From Kordiimonas gwangyangensis DSM 19435 = JCM 12864 (GTDB lineage Bacteria > Pseudomonadota > Alphaproteobacteria > Sphingomonadales > Kordiimonadaceae): a stretch of DNA of 64,000 bases. The notes beneath the pieces were generated by a model, which saw only the letters and a list, made by a program, of their open reading frames with translations, was not told where the DNA came from and searched no databases. The stretch covers positions 989,241-1,053,240 of the forward strand of contig NZ_AQXF01000001.1 in the NCBI RefSeq assembly GCF_000375545.1. The letters are read 5' to 3'. Numbering within the stretch: position 1 is the first letter of the stretch; the number at the start of each line of letters is the position of its first letter. A program made the translations under genes and the position numbers. Shown here piece after piece: positions 19,586-34,500 of this stretch.

Positions 19586-22500
19586 TGGCCTGCCTCAGAG
19601 TCGTAGGGGGCACCAGATCGTCACCATTTTCAGCCTCAAGTGCGATCAGCAGGTCCATCAGTGGGTCTTCATCTTTTGCCAGGCCGGGCGTGTGGTGTTC
19701 GGTTTCCACGTCTTCTTGCGCAGTCACTGTGCGCGCGGGGGCGAGTTCCGAGATGCGGGTGCTCAGTTTCTCGATGCTGGGATAGTTGAACAATTCTGTC
19801 GGCCGGACCTCAATGTCAAACACCTGACCAAGGCGCCGCGCGGCTTCCCCTGCCAGAATGGAATCGATCCCCATGTCGGAGATAGAGGTATGCAGGTCAA
19901 TCTGATCTGCCTCCATACGGAGGACGACGGCAAACACCTCGCGAACCTTGTCACGCACGGCGCCTTGCGCACCGGCACCGGTTTTTACAGTTGTGGCTTG
20001 GTGTGTGATATTTCTGCTTTCAGGAACGTGCACCGCGCGCACGTCCGTATTTTTCGTCGCGGTAATGACGCTTATCGGGCCGCTGGCATTCGAGATTTCC
20101 ACATCACCGAAGCCCGCATTAGCAAGACACTGGCGCCACGCATTCCCTGAAAGAAGGGGGCTATGTGGCATGCGAAGTGCTGTATCTGTCGCCGACCACC
20201 AGTCAGGCAGCAGACCAAATACGGCGGTGTTGAACGCTAGTACTTCGGTCAGCTCCACAAGGGCGATGGTGCCACCCTTGCGCAGTACACCATTTGCTTG
20301 GCGAAGGGCTTCCGTCACGTCTGGCAGGGCATGAAGTACATTTGCGGCAATCGCGATGTCGTACTCACCCTTGTCGATGCCTTGGGCTTCACTATTGCGG
20401 CGGATGTCAAACAAGGATGTTTTGAGGAAATCATACTCCCCGCCAAGCTCAGCCTCGGCGCGCAACACAAAATTCTGTCCCACATCTGTGTAGCGGTATT
20501 CATCAACACCGCCTGCGTCCTTGAGGGCGCGCAACACCGTGCGCGAGGTTCCGCCGGTGCCAGCGCCAATCTCGATCAGGCGCGCAGCCCCATCTTTTCT
20601 GTGCGCTCTGGCATGTTCACCAACAAGCGTGTTGGCGTGTTCAACCAGCACGTTGCCGCGATAAACGGCCTCAATCAGGTGCGGTGAACCCTCCGGGAAC
20701 AATATGTCGGCGCCCGCTTTCGCGCCGCTCAATACATCGCGCAGGCCAGCGACAGCTGCTTTCAGTAGCGCGACATGACCAGAAAATTCCGGGTGGTTTT
20801 GGCGTGTCGTTTCCCAATCAGGCGCGATGATATCGTGGGGAGCGCTCTCAATATGGGAGAGGAGGGCGCGCAACAGCTTTTCCTGATTTGGCTGTACTTC
20901 AAGCATGTCTCGCCATGCCGCAACATCGCCCCAGTGAGGGGGATTGGCGGCATGTGCCTTCAGCGCAGAGGCCACTGCGCAAACCGTCAGCTGGTCCAGC
21001 GCTTCAAGCGCAGTTCCGGTCGCGTCGGCTGAAGCGAAACCAAGTCGCGCGAGCGCCTGTGCTTTGCCTTTTGCGACGACCAGCTGCGGGATGCGTTCAC
21101 GCAAGCAACGGTCTATGGCGCGTATGCCATCTTCGATGGAAATTGACTGGATACCTGCGGCCTGCATCAGGGCACGGTGATGCTCGTCGGCAACGGCACC
21201 CACCTCACCCCAGTAACCCCAGTTGATGACGCTTGTGTTGAAGTGGCTTCTTGCGGCCGTCGCATCCAGATAGTTGCAGGCTGCGGCATAGTTGGCCTGG
21301 CCCGCATTCCCGATCAAACTCTGGACCGAAGACATATGCAGGACGGCATCCGGATGGAAGCAACCTTGTGTCAGGATTTTCTCGAGGTTCGCGGCAACGA
21401 GGGCCTTGGCATAGAAGACGCTCCGGAAGTCCTCGGCGGACATGTCTATGAATGCGGCATCCTTCAGGACCATGGTGCCGTTGATGATAAGCCCGGGTTC
21501 TCCAATTTTGAGGCGGGTACGCTGGAAGGCATGGTGAAGCGCGGAACCATCAGTTGCGTCAACCTTGATATATTCCGCCCGGCAGCCGGTGCGTTTGATC
21601 ATCTGCAACCGGTGTGCGATGTCCTGATCAATGGAGCGACGACCCATCAGCACCACGGCGCCCGCACCGCGTTCAAGTATCGGATCAATCAGCGCGCCTG
21701 CAATGCCGCCTGAGCCACCCAGCACCACAACAACTTTGCCACTGAGGTCGGCCGCGCCTTCCGCGGTTTCAGGGAATGCCGCCACGGACCGTTCAAGCAG
21801 CGCGTTACCGTCAAGCCGCAGAACCTCGCCGTGACCATCGGTGGGCTTCAAGGCCGACGCCAAAATTGCTGGCGATGGGTCACCCGTCAGTTCAATGGAC
21901 CGGATTGTCCAACCCGGCATTTCGTGCGCAACGGATTGCGCCAGACCTGACAAGGCGGCGCCCAGTGCGTTGCCTTCCTGATAAAGCACGGTGATGGTGA
22001 GCGGCCTGTTAGCCGCCGCACGGCGCTGTAGTAGCTGCCGCAGAGGCTCCACCACAGTTGCGTACGACTGCAGGAATGCGTCAGCCCCACCTTCATCACC
22101 CTCTGCGGGCGCCACAAGCACCAGATGTTCTTCTCCGAAGGCATCGAGGTCGCAGTCATCAAGCGACACTTGCCTTACGGTCACCGACAGTCGTTCCGTG
22201 AGCGAGCGCGACAGCGCTGCATCCCATTCGTTCGGCCCGCGAACCAGTAGAATATTGCCATCATGGGTCGGGCCGCCCGTATTTGCTTCTACCGGTTTCC
22301 ATTCAATCCGGAAGTGGTGTCCGTCATAAGATGGTGGTGCGAGGGCTGCAGGTTGCTGTTCCTTTGGTGATGTCGCAACACTCTGTAGTCCCGGTGCCCA
22401 GAAACGTTTGCGCTCAAACGCGGTTGGGGTAAGGCGTGGCCGCGGCTCGGGGTAGCCATGCCGCAATGCGGGGTCGAAACTTTCGACAATTGCGTGGGCG

Positions 22501-25500
22501 TTTGCGCCGCCAAACGCAAATGAGGAGACACCGGCGCGCCGTGTTTGATACTGCCCAGTTGGCCAGGCCTGCGTTTTAGCCAAAGGCTGCAAACGCGTGG
22601 CATCGAACTGGGCGTGCGGGTTAATCTCATGGAAATGAACAAGACCTGGCATCATGCCTTCGCGCACCGCCATCACTGCCTTGATCATGCCCGCGACACC
22701 CGCGGCGGCTTCCAAATGCCCGATGTTGCTTTTTACTGAGCTCAGGAACACCGGGTGTTCCCGCCCTCCTTCTGCCGCGACAGATTGCGAGAGACCGATC
22801 AATTCTAACGGATCACCAAGCTGTGTGCCGGTGCCGTGGCATTCAACAAACCCGACCGACAGCGGCGAAATGCGATGCCGTTCCATCACATCCCGGATGA
22901 GTTGGGCTTGTGCCTTGGGGTTTGGTGCTGTGAGGCTATTGGCGCGGCCGCCGTGGTTGACGCCAATACCCTTGATAACCGCGTGAATGGGGTCACCGTC
23001 TGCAACAGCGCGGGAGAGCGATTTCAGGTAGACGGCACCAACACCCTCACCGCGCACATAGCCGTCTGCCGCCTTGTCGAAGGTATGACAGCGCCCTGTC
23101 GGGCTCAGCATGCCCGCTTGCCCGAAGGCGAGATAAAGCGTGGGCGACAGCATGATGTTGACGCCGCCTGCAATGGCCGCATCACAGTCGCCGTGCTGGA
23201 TCGCTGCTACCGCGCGGGAAATTGCCACAAGCGATGAGGAACAGGCCGTGTCAACCGGTTCGCTCGGTCCATGCAGGTCCATCAGGAAGGAAATGCGGTT
23301 GGGCAGCATGCTATGGCTCAGGCCGGTGGCGATATGCGGTTCAATTGGCAGCCCGGCGCGCATCACCAGCTCCCAATAATCCGACGTTGCCACACCAACG
23401 AATATGCCAGTGTTGCTGCCCGCCAAATCCCGGGGGTTCGTGCCACCGTCTTCAACCGCGTGCCACGCCGTTTCAAGGAACAGACGTTGCTGCGGGTCCA
23501 TCAGTTCTGCCTCGCGCGGGCTGATGCCAAAGAACTTGGCGTCGAACAGGTCGACATCCTCAATGAAGCCGCCCCATTTGGAATTGGTGCGCTCGACCCC
23601 CGGTTCAATCGGGCCATAATACTTTTCGGCGTCCCAGCGCGTGGCAGGAATTTCGCCGACCAGATCAGCCTGCGCCAGAAGGTTATTCCAGTAACTTGCG
23701 ATATCAGGGCTACCGGGGAAACGCCCGGACATGCCGACAACAGCAACGCCGTCGAGATCATTTCTCTGAGGCTTGGCAATGACTTCTACAGCGGGTGCTT
23801 GTTCGGGCAGCTTCGGAGGGGTGTTGGCAACTGGTGCGCTACTTGGGTTCTGGTCTGGCAGTGTCGCTTGCGGGAAACGGTCCGCCACCAGTTGGCTCAG
23901 GCCAGCAAGAGTATCGGCCTCAAAAAAGACCGCGGGCGACAGGGCAATGTCCATGCGGCGGCTGATGCGGTTCGCATACCGGGTCAGGGTGATCGAATCA
24001 AAGCCGTAGTCTTCAAAGCGCTTGGTAGGGGCCAGCCCATCGGGTTTCAGCTTGAGCACATCGATGAGGATATCACCAAGCGCTGCCATCACCTGCTCAG
24101 TGCCGGCACCAGATGGCGCATACCCTTCTTTTTTATCGGCTGTGCTCGCCGGTTGCTCTTCGGAAAGCCAGCGGCCTATCCGCTGTGTATTTCCGTGCAG
24201 GACAACTGCGCGCTCAAGGCCCGCAACAGCCTGAAAAGCATGCAAGGCAGCCTCTGTGGAGAGGGGTGCTATACCGGTTTCGCGCTTGGCACTTTCCTGC
24301 GCATCTTCCGACATCGGCATGCCGCCGCTCTGCCACCAGGGCCAATTGATGGACGAGACGCCTGAGGTGCCGTCAAGCCAACCATTCGCAAAGGCATAGT
24401 CGGTTTGACCGCGTTGCCCAAAACTTGCGGCCACGGAGCTGAAGCAGGTAACGCCGCCTGTCGGTTCATTCGGGAGCGCGGCTAGCACATTCTCAAGGCC
24501 CTCGACCTTGGTGCTGATGACCGACGACGCATCTTCTGAAGATTTGTTGATCAGGAGGCTATCACGCAGCACCCCGGCGCAGTGAATGACACGCGCGACC
24601 GTAGGTATGTCCGCAAACGCGCCACGCACGGACTGTGCGTCCATAATGTCGGCAATAATGACACGCGGTGCTGGTGTCAGCGCATCCAGTCGTTGCTGTT
24701 CGGCGGTGCTTGGCGCACGCCGTGTGACGAGAATGGTCTCAAGTCCCTCACTTGCGAGGTGCTCCGCCAGTAAAAGCCCGATATTGCCAAGCCCACCGGT
24801 TATCAACACTGGTCCCTTGGCTGGTTGAGCCGGGTTGCGCGCCGGCGCTTGTATAAGCGTGTGCCGGTTGAGGAAGGGTCCGCGTGCATCAAACAGACAA
24901 TGGCGCTGACAGGAGTTTGCCGCAATGGTCCCAAGTATGGCCTCATTCACCGCCGGGCCTTCGTTCAGCAGAACGGAGAGACGCAGGCGGGGGTCTTCCA
25001 GCATGAAACTCCGGGCGAAACCCGCCAGTGCATGGGCTGCATTTTCTTGGTCTGTGATGAGAACCAGATGTCCGCCTTTGTCCGCTTCCGCAATAATCAG
25101 CGTGCGGAGCTCATGATAGAGGGTGGCGGCATTCGCCTCAGCAAGGAACGCCGTGCGTGACCGTGGTGCAGCACTTTCGGCAATTGGAACATGCTCCCAG
25201 TGTGGTACATACAGAACCGTCGTGTCTGACTGGTTCCGTTCTATCGCTTGCAGGGTAAAGCCATGCGCGAAACCAACGCAGTGGCCATTACCATCATGGA
25301 AGTCGAGGTTAAAGGTGTGAAGCAGCGCACCCTCAGTGCCTTCGGCACGCCGGGCGACCACATATTGGATATCCCGCGAGCCGTTAGGAAGCCTTAGTTT
25401 CTTGATACCAACGGGCAGGTAAAGCGTGGTGCCTCCAAGCGTGGGGTCAATCAGCGCAGATACGACCTGCAGCGCGGAATCAAGTCTGCCGGGGTCACAA

Positions 25501-28500
25501 ACACCGTAGTTTTCGACCATAGGCGGGCCCAGCTTTGCGGTCGCAAAGTCATCTGCCGCGTAAACACATTCCACCTGCGCGAATGTGCCTTTCAGGATCA
25601 GGCCTTTTGCCGCAAAGGCCTCATAGAATTTCTCATGACCAAAGCTTCGGTTTGTGCCGTCTTGTAGCCGCGCCACGTCTACAGGTGCCGCAAGGCCATG
25701 TGCGTCTTCATTCGTGACATGGATGCGGCCAAAAGCGTGATCGTCTTCTGCTGAACAGGCCGAAAATCCGTAGGCGTCATGGTCCGGTATCTTGCGGATC
25801 AAGGTCACGAGGTCTGGAATTTTGCCGTCCGGCCGCGCACCGAGCGGAAGCCGCCATGTGAGGTCAGTGAGTGTGATGGATGTGCCGAGCCGCGCCTGGG
25901 CAGCGGCTTCCAGCACCAGCGCGGCGTAGGATGCACCGGCAAGGATCACACCGTCGGGGCCACGGTGGTCATCCATGATGGGTTCGCTTTGGCTAAAGCG
26001 GCTGACAGTTGTGATGATGCCGTCCTGCACCGTCACGGTATCCAGAATAGCGGTCTGTGTTTTCGCAGTGGGAGCTGGCGCGCGCGTCACGGCCGTTACC
26101 CAGTGTTGGTCCCCTTCGAAGACGTAGCCCGGTAGGTGCACGCGTCGGCCAGTCACAGGTTCGGTTGGTAGTGTGGTTATGCAGCCATCAGGGCCTTTGT
26201 GCAGCGCTGCAATCAGTGTCGCGTGATCCGTGGCCACGACCACCGCCACATGGTCATGATGCTGGCGGCCATGATACAGGGTGTAAGCGATGTCCGCCAA
26301 ATTATGCTGGCTGCCCTCATTTTCCAGCCAATGCGCCAGCTGCGCAAAACTGGCTTTCAGCGCACTTTTGCTCTTTGCAGTGAACGGGAAGGAAAGGGGC
26401 TCGGTAGTTGTGGTCCGTGCCACCTGCGGCGCGTCTGGGCCACGGAGAATAACGTGCGCGTTTGTGCCACTGAACCCAAACGAGCTGACTGCCGCACGGT
26501 AAGGGCGTTGCAACGTTGCCAGTGGCTCACCGCAGGTCGAAATGGTGAGTGCGCTGCCGTCCAGGCCAAGCCGGGGGTTGAGGCTTTCTGTATAGCGCTG
26601 CGGCGGAACCTGGCCGCTTTGTACGACTTTTACCGCCTTGATCAGCCCGGCGACACCGGCGGCCACCGTGCTGTGGCCGATATTGGCCTTCACCGAGCCA
26701 AGATAGAGGGGGGCAAGTGCTCTGCGTTCCGCAAAACATTCGCGCAGGGCTTTAACCTCAATGGGATCCCCAAGGTTGGTGCCCGTGCCATGCGCTTCAA
26801 TATAGTCCAGCTCGTCTGCGCTGATACCAGCCTCCGTCTGAACCTTGCGGATTAGCGTAGCCTGGGATTTTGCGCTCGGCGCTGTGATCCCGTTCGTGCG
26901 GCCATCCTGGTTGACCCCGCTTGCTTCGATAATGGCATGGATCGGGTCGCCGTCTCGCAGCGCCGCGTCCAACCGCTTGAGCACAACAAGGCCAACACCC
27001 TCCGCAAGCGCGATACCGTCTGCATCCGAGGAGAAAGGGCGACAGCGCCCGGTTGGGCTCAGCATGCCCGCCTTCGAGCTTTTGACCATCAGTTTGGGCG
27101 TGGCGGTAATGATCACGCCACCCGCGATTGCCATGTCGCAGTCGCCGCCAAGGATCGCACGGCGCGCCTGATGCACCGCCACAAGCGAGGACGAGCAGGC
27201 CGTATCAATGGATACAGCGGGGCCAACGAGGTCAAGCAGGTAGGCAATACGTGCGGCAAGAACAGCGGGCGACAGGCCGGTGAATGCTTCGGCTGTCCAG
27301 CTTTCCTCCGCGTTTGCGAGCAGGTCTTCATAGTCGCCGTTGGCGGCGCCAAGGAATAGCCCACAGGACACGCCCTTGAGCTTCTCCGGTGCAAGCCCCG
27401 CGTCTTCAAGCGCATGCCAGCACTCCTCAAGCGTGATGCGCGCCTGCGGGTCCATCGCGCGCGCTTCCAGTGGCGATATCTTGAAGAAATCAGCGTCGAA
27501 ACGTTTGATGTCCGACAGGAAGCCGCCAGTTTTGGTGACGGACTTGTTTTCCGCTTCCGGGTCAGCGTCATAGAAGGCATCTGCGTCCCACCGGTCAGCA
27601 GGTACGGTGTCAACGAAGTCGGCACCTGCCATAATGTTGCGCCAGAACGCTATATGATCGTCAGCGCCAGGATAACGGCATGCCATGCCGATTATCGCAA
27701 TTTTCTCAGCGCTTACGCTTTGGGCGGGCTGCTCTTCGGCAGGGGCGGCGGTTTGTGGCGTTTCCTCTGCTGCGGCGGTGGCAGGCTCTGCGGCCACGGC
27801 AACATGTGCCGCCGTATTCTGGCTAACATACTCACTGAGCGCCGCGATGGTTGCATAGTCATACAGGTCAGCGGCTTCCAGGCCACATTGCCAGCGCCCA
27901 TTAATCTCACGAACCAGTTCCACACCGCCGATGGAATCCAGTCCCTGGTCCATGAGGGGTTCATGAACATCAAGGTCCTCTCGGTCCATCTGCAGTAGCC
28001 TGCATACTGTTGCAGCGATATCCGCCAACACATCACCCTTCGGCAGGCTAGCTGACCGTGCCGGTGCTGGTGGAAGGGTTGGTTCGCCCGCATCCGGTGT
28101 TGCCTTGATATTTAAGGCGGGGTGAGCTCGCGCGGCATCAAGCGGGCGCAACCGTACTTTCTCCGCAACCTGTGCCGGGGTTGCGATCCTGGTTGGCGCG
28201 ACTGAACTACCTTCCTGTGCATAAAGTCCGGCAAGCAGTGCGGGCGTCGGATAATCATAGAGGCTCGCTGCCTCGCAGTTTGCTGCAAGGCTTGCGTTCA
28301 AATCCCGGATCAGTTCGGTCGCACCAATGGAATCAAGGCCGTGATCAAGGAAGGTGGTTTCATTGTCGATCTCGTCCGTCTCGGTCATCAGGATACGAGC
28401 CAGCGCTTCGCGAATGGTGGCGAGTGTTTGCGTTGTGCCCGCGGACGTATTTTGCCCCCCCCAGACCGGGCGGAGAGTAACCTTGGTTGGATGCGCCGGT

Positions 28501-31500
28501 TGCGCTGGTGCCGCGCTGATCTTGACTGGCTCACTAACCCGTTTTGGCTCCTGGCGCGTGACTGCTGCGCTTGTCGTGACCATAGGGTCTTTGAACAGGG
28601 TATCCAGTCGCTCGCGTACTTCCTTCTGGGTGAAGGTTTTGGCGTGCATCGCAACTTCGGCGGCAATGGTCTGCGGCAGGGTCGCAAGCCGCGCCTCCAC
28701 AAAGCCGCGTTTCATGGTCTCCAGCGTGACCTTGGGCTTTTGAGCGAGCGAGCGCGCAAGTTGCATCGCTTCGCCGAGCACCGATGCTTTGTCAGCAATT
28801 TTGACAGAAACGCCGCGCCGCTCCAGTTCCGCGCCGCTCAGGGCGCGTGCGCTGTACATCATCTCGGTCGCGAGTGTCGTGCCGAAACGTTCCGGCAGCA
28901 GCTGTGTCGCACCCATGCCGGGCGAAAACCCGTAATCCGCGAAAACGGCGGAGTAGAGCGACTCGCGCGCAAGAATCGGAATATCGCTATAAAGCCCGAA
29001 CAGCAGCCCGCCGCCATAGGCGTGGCCCTCCATCGCTGCGATCACGGGCAGCGGAAATTCGCCAAGGCCACGGAAATAGAAAGGTACATCGGTAAAGTTG
29101 GCAGTACCTGCCGCGATGGCTTTCAGCATTTCCGGGGTGCCACCCATGGAAAAGACTTCGCTTGTTCCGGCAAGCACGACCACCCGCGCGTCCGGATGAG
29201 CTGCAATTTTCTCAAACGTGGCAATGAGCGAAAGTGTCAGTTCGTCGTCAAACATGTTGCGGGCCTTCGAGCGCATGCGAACAAGCGCGATGCCGCCGTC
29301 AAATGTCAGGTCGACCACCGATGGTGTGAAACCGCGTGCCCTCTGCTTCCAGTCATCAGGCGCGGCAAGCGCGGGCGTACTGGTTGCAACAAAGGGCGCC
29401 GTTGCGACGGGCGCGGCTCCAGTATGCTGAGCCGTATTCGCTTCAAACCAATAGGATTTTCTATCGAATGCATAGCCTGGCAATGCAACGGGGCGCGGTG
29501 TGCCAGCCCTGTAGAGACGCAGCCAATCTACGCGCGCACCACTGACCCATGCTGCGGCAAGCGCCGAAGGGTCTAGCCCATTGTCTTCTGCCATTTGGCT
29601 TTTTTGTGAGAAGCCTTCAGGTGACATGAGCGCGGGATGTGTGGCCCCAGCCGCAAGCGCATCAAGCGCTGCCAATAGTTCCGCGGTGCTGTGTGCGGTG
29701 ATGACGGCGCGTTTCTGCAGCGGTAGGCGCCCGACCTGAAGTGTGAATGCTGTGGCGGCGAGATCAGGCTGGGTCGTTGGTTTTTCCGGTGCCACCCCAA
29801 GGGCCGCCGCGAGCTCACCAACTGTATGATGGCCAAAAAGATCATGGGTGCGCACTGGCTGCCCGGTGTGAGCCACGAGAAGCTCAATCAGCCTGCGGGC
29901 CGCGACCATATCCAGCCCAAGGTCCTCAATGAGGCTATCATCGGAAATGCTATCAGCTTCAACATCAAGTACTTCTGCAATCAGCTCCGTAAGGTTGATG
30001 GCGCTGCTTTCAGGGCTGGCACCGCGCAGTGCCCGCGCGAGGTTGGTTGCATTTTCCTTCAGAGATGCTTCGGTTCGGGCCGAAAGCGGGAACAGGTAGG
30101 GGCCAACCGCGGCCTCAACCCTACCCACGCTGCTTGCGGGCGCTGCGCTGACCACAAGGGCCGAGTTGCTCCCGCCTGCCCCAAACGATGAAATCAGTAC
30201 AGTGTCTATGTCATCGGCGCGCCGGGCCTGCCGCACGAGGTCGAAAGGTGCCGCTGCCCAATCGATATTCTGGTTCAGAGTATCTCCGTGCAGGGACGGA
30301 GCGAGGGTTTTGTGCGCAAATTGCAAAATTACTTTGGTGAGTGCAGCCATGCCTGCAGCAGCTTCGAGGTGGCCAATCTGGCTTTTTACCGAGCCGATGG
30401 GCCAGCGTTTGTGCGGTGCGCGTGTTCGCGCGCTCTCAAAAGCTTTGGTGAGGCCTGCCACTTCAATCGGGTCGCCAAGCGATGTGCCCGTACCGTGCGT
30501 CTCAATGTAGCCGAGGTCTTCAGCGTGCACTTGTGCGCGCTTGAGCGCTTGCGAGATAACCCGCGCCTGCGCACCCGGTGACGGTACGGTAAAGCCACCA
30601 TCGCCGCCGCCGTGGTTCAGAGCGCTCCCCTTGATGATAGCGAGGATGCGGTCCCGGTCTTGCCGCGCGTCGCGGAGGCGCTTGAGCACAACCACACCAA
30701 CACCCTCGCCTGGCACATAGCCGCTACCACCATCACCAAAGCTGCGGCATTTACCGTCTGCGCTCAGGAAGCTGCCTTCAATGAGCTGGCGGTATTTCTC
30801 CGGGCGTAGTGACAGGTTCACTCCGCCGGCAAGTGCCATATCGCATTGACCGGTCCGGAGCGCGTCAGAGGCAAGGTGGAGTGCAGTCACCGACGACGAA
30901 CACATGGTGTCGACAGTCAGGGAGGGGCCAAAAAGGCCAAAGCAGTGCGATACGCGGTTGGCAATCTCAGCGAAGGAGGAATTGGGTACAGCGCCTTCGG
31001 CAACACCAGTACCGGCCATCTGGTATTGGCTCCACATCGCAGCGGCATAAACACCGACGTTCTGCGCTTTGACCCGTCCAGCATAACCCGCGTCTTCAAG
31101 CGCATGCAGGCTCGCCTCTAGAAACAGTCGGGTCTGGGGGTCCATCAACCGTGCGTCTTTTGGCGAAATGCCAAATACGAGCGGGTCGAACATGTCGATG
31201 TCTGAGAGGAAAGCACCGAAAGCACCTTCCCCATTATGCCCAAGCACCTGGCTGCCGGTATGCCAGCGATCGGCTGGTACCGGACCCGTCGCATCCCGCC
31301 CGGCCTTGAGGTTGGACCAGAAAGTCTCGATATCCTCTGCGTCAGGGTACCGGCCAGCGAGGCCGATGATGGCGATATCATCCAGTATCGGTAAGCTTGA
31401 GGGTGCGGCACTCACCTCTGGCGCGGCTTCGTGCAAGGTTGGGCTCTGCCTGCTTGGCGCAGGTGGGGTGCGCTCGGCCATGGCTGGCGCAGTGCCAGCT

Positions 31501-34500
31501 TGCGGTGCCACCATTTTACTCACAGCGCCGCTGTGTTCCGCACAGAGATAATCGCACAGGGCATCAATGGTCGGATGCTCGAACAGTAGGACCTTTGATA
31601 GTTTGCCGCAGTCTTTTTCCAGCCGATTGACGATGGCGACAGAAATCACGGAATCGACACCGTAATTGTCAAAGCTGGTGGCGCTGTCGAGCAGGCCGCG
31701 GTCAAAATTTGTTTCGTCAGCGAGAATATCAATCAAATGGTCGCGCAACTGGGGCTTCAGCACGTCTACGTTGATGCTTTCACTGGCAGCAGCATCCACG
31801 GTTTCCTGAATGTCATCCGCAAGTGGTACCGTCACCAGTACCTGCGCCGCCTGCGCACAGAGAGCCTCGTCAAACGCTCGGATGCCCGCCTCCGTCGAGA
31901 GGACTTCTGAGCGCAGGTTTTTCACCAGCCAGTCAAGGCGGTCTTCCGCGACACTCATGCCGCCTTCTGCCCAAAGCGGCCAGTTTAGAGAAAGGCTGAT
32001 ACCGCTGCGCCTGCCCGCGCTCACCAGGTGCTGGCGTTCTTCGGCCAACAGGTCCAGCGCGCGGTTGGCGTATGCATAGTCGCTCTGCCCAAGGTTCCCC
32101 CGCACCGACACGATGGATGAAAAAAGAATAAACGCATCAAGCGGCATGTCGCTGGTTAGTCTATCGAGCACTGCGGCGCCGACCACTTTGCCGCGCGCCA
32201 CATCCATGCAGTCTTGTTCTGTTTTGCCGAGTAACAGCTTGTCGCGGGTGACACCGGCGCAGTGCACAATGCCATTTAGCGGCTTGCCAAACTCCGTCAG
32301 CAGCTCTGCCATCGCCGGTTCATCGGCCACATCGACCGATTTGAGCGTGACAGCGATGCCCTTCTCCTCAAGGGTCTGAATGCGGTGCATTGTGTCCGCA
32401 GGCAGGTCTGTTATCCGGCGGCCAAGAAGCAGGAATTCCCGCGCACCAAGAGATGCCAGATGTTCACAGAAGAGCAGGCCCAATTTACCCAGGCCACCGG
32501 TGATCAACCATGCACCCCGGGCTGCAAACTGCTGTGCGTCAGGAACGTGGACGGGCGCCTCTATGCGCTGCTGGCCTGACAAGCCTGCAAGCAGAACTTC
32601 CGGCTCTCCTGTCCAACGCTTCCGCGCTTGCGCGGCTATAGCACCGGCATCGGGCGTACCCAGTGTGAGCAGAAGCCGCATTTCCAAGGTCGGGCGTTCC
32701 TTGAGGATGGCTCGCACCATGCCGCCAACGGCTTCGCTCAGCAGGCCATGGGGCGCTACGAGCAAAATACGTTTTGCACCGTCGGCGATATGTTTTTGCA
32801 CAGCCGAGACGGCTTGCCACAGATACTCAGGGGCTGACGATCCTGCCGGGTCAGGCAGTGGCAGGATCAGTGTTTCAGTCACGCCGTTTGGCTGCGCGCC
32901 TTGCCATACAGGGAAGGCTGAGCTGAGCTTCTGGAACCAATGGGGTACTTCCGCTGCGCGCACGGTAGTGGTGTCTGTGACAGCTTCGTCCGGAAGGTCA
33001 GCCCAAACGAGATTATGGTAAGCGATGGGTTGCCGTGCTTCGGATGTCGCTTTTTCCGGAACCATAGTGCGGGGATCAATGCTGCGCAGCATGACACCAC
33101 CCAGCATGGCAATGGCTGGGCCTGACGGGTCGCAAAGCAGGATGTCAGCCTTGAACACCTCTTTCATCGCCGCAGGTTCGATATGAGCGCGCACGAGAAT
33201 CTCGTTTGGTAGCGAAGCGCGCCATTGCACCCGCTCGATGGACACGGGCACCGCAGCAATAACTGTATTATTGGACCTGAGCGCCATAAGCAGCGCCTGC
33301 AGCGCACCATCCACCAGCACCGGTGACAAGGTGGAGCCATGCGTCCAGCTCGACGCTTCGGTTTCGCGGATACGGGCTTCCATGAAGCGCCCGTCGAACT
33401 TCACTTCGCTGATGGTGCGGTACGATGGGCCGTACTTCATGCGAGCGGCAGCCAGCGCCCTGTACTCTGCTTCAATATCGAGTGATGCGCTACTCAGGTT
33501 GACGTTCAGGTTGGGCCAAGGGGCGCTTTCCTCGCTCCAGCAGCCACGCATGGATGGGCCACCAGCATCCTGGAGTTTGAAGTCAGGCCCGGCGCTTGTC
33601 AGTTCTATTTCTGCCGCATCTTTTGCAATAACCGGTTTCGCCCAGCTCAATTTGCTCAAGTGCGCATTTGCCGATGCAGCAGGGTTGATGATGCGCTGTG
33701 CCCTTATGGCAAGCTCAATGCCCATGGCGGCTGCCAGCACCGGCGCGCCGCCGATTTCATGGTCGCGGAGGCATGGCTGGTTTGCGTCAAGGTGAATAGC
33801 AACAGTGTTCGCATCTGCTTGGCGAAGCAGCGGGAACGGCGACGCCTGCTTTTGGTGCTGCGTTGTGACCGTTGGTATCCAATAGGCCTGCCGCTCAAAT
33901 GGCGTGGGTGGGAGTGACAGTAGGCGCGGTTCGGCTTCCACCGGAACATCTGTATGCTGTGCGGTCGGTTGCGGTGAACCGCTCGCAATCGCGCGCAGAT
34001 GGGCAAGAACCGCGGACGGACTTCCTGCCGGTATTGCCGCCGTGAACGCGGCTGTCGCCCGCCGGGCCAGCGAATGGGCTACGTCGGCGAATTGCCAATC
34101 GTTCCGCTTGCCAAGCACGTCAGCCAATTGTTGCGCGAGCGCGCGCAAGGATTTCTCCGACCGTGCACTCAACACAGCCTGGCTTGGAACTTTGGCAGCA
34201 ATGGTCGCCGGTTGCGCAGCTTCGGGGCCGCTTAGGATGACATGTGCGTTGGAGCCGCCTGCGCCAAAAGAGCTGATGGCGGCATGCCGAACCGTGCCCG
34301 CTTCCCGCGCCCATGGCTCCCCGTCTGACAGCAGCCGGAACGGCGTTTTACTGAAATCGAGGCGGCGATTGACCGGATCGTGGTGCAGCGATGCAGGTCG
34401 CCAGTCTTGCTCGAATGCAAGCAACAGTTTGATCAGCCCCGCAATACCTGCGGCAGCTTCAAGGTGGCCGATGTTGGATTTGACCGAGCCTATGGGGATG

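Noticed and set aside
23271-24365. Long plus-strand ORFs (for example 23271-24365 at 364 aa, 28341-29576 at 411 aa, 5537-6538 at 333 aa, 9581-10354, 2801-3649, 19350-20150) lying inside the minus-strand megasynthase genes
   Set aside because: Antisense to genes with unmistakable PKS/NRPS domain content; high GC suppresses stop codons; translations are low-complexity Arg/Ala/Gly-rich with no recognisable motifs
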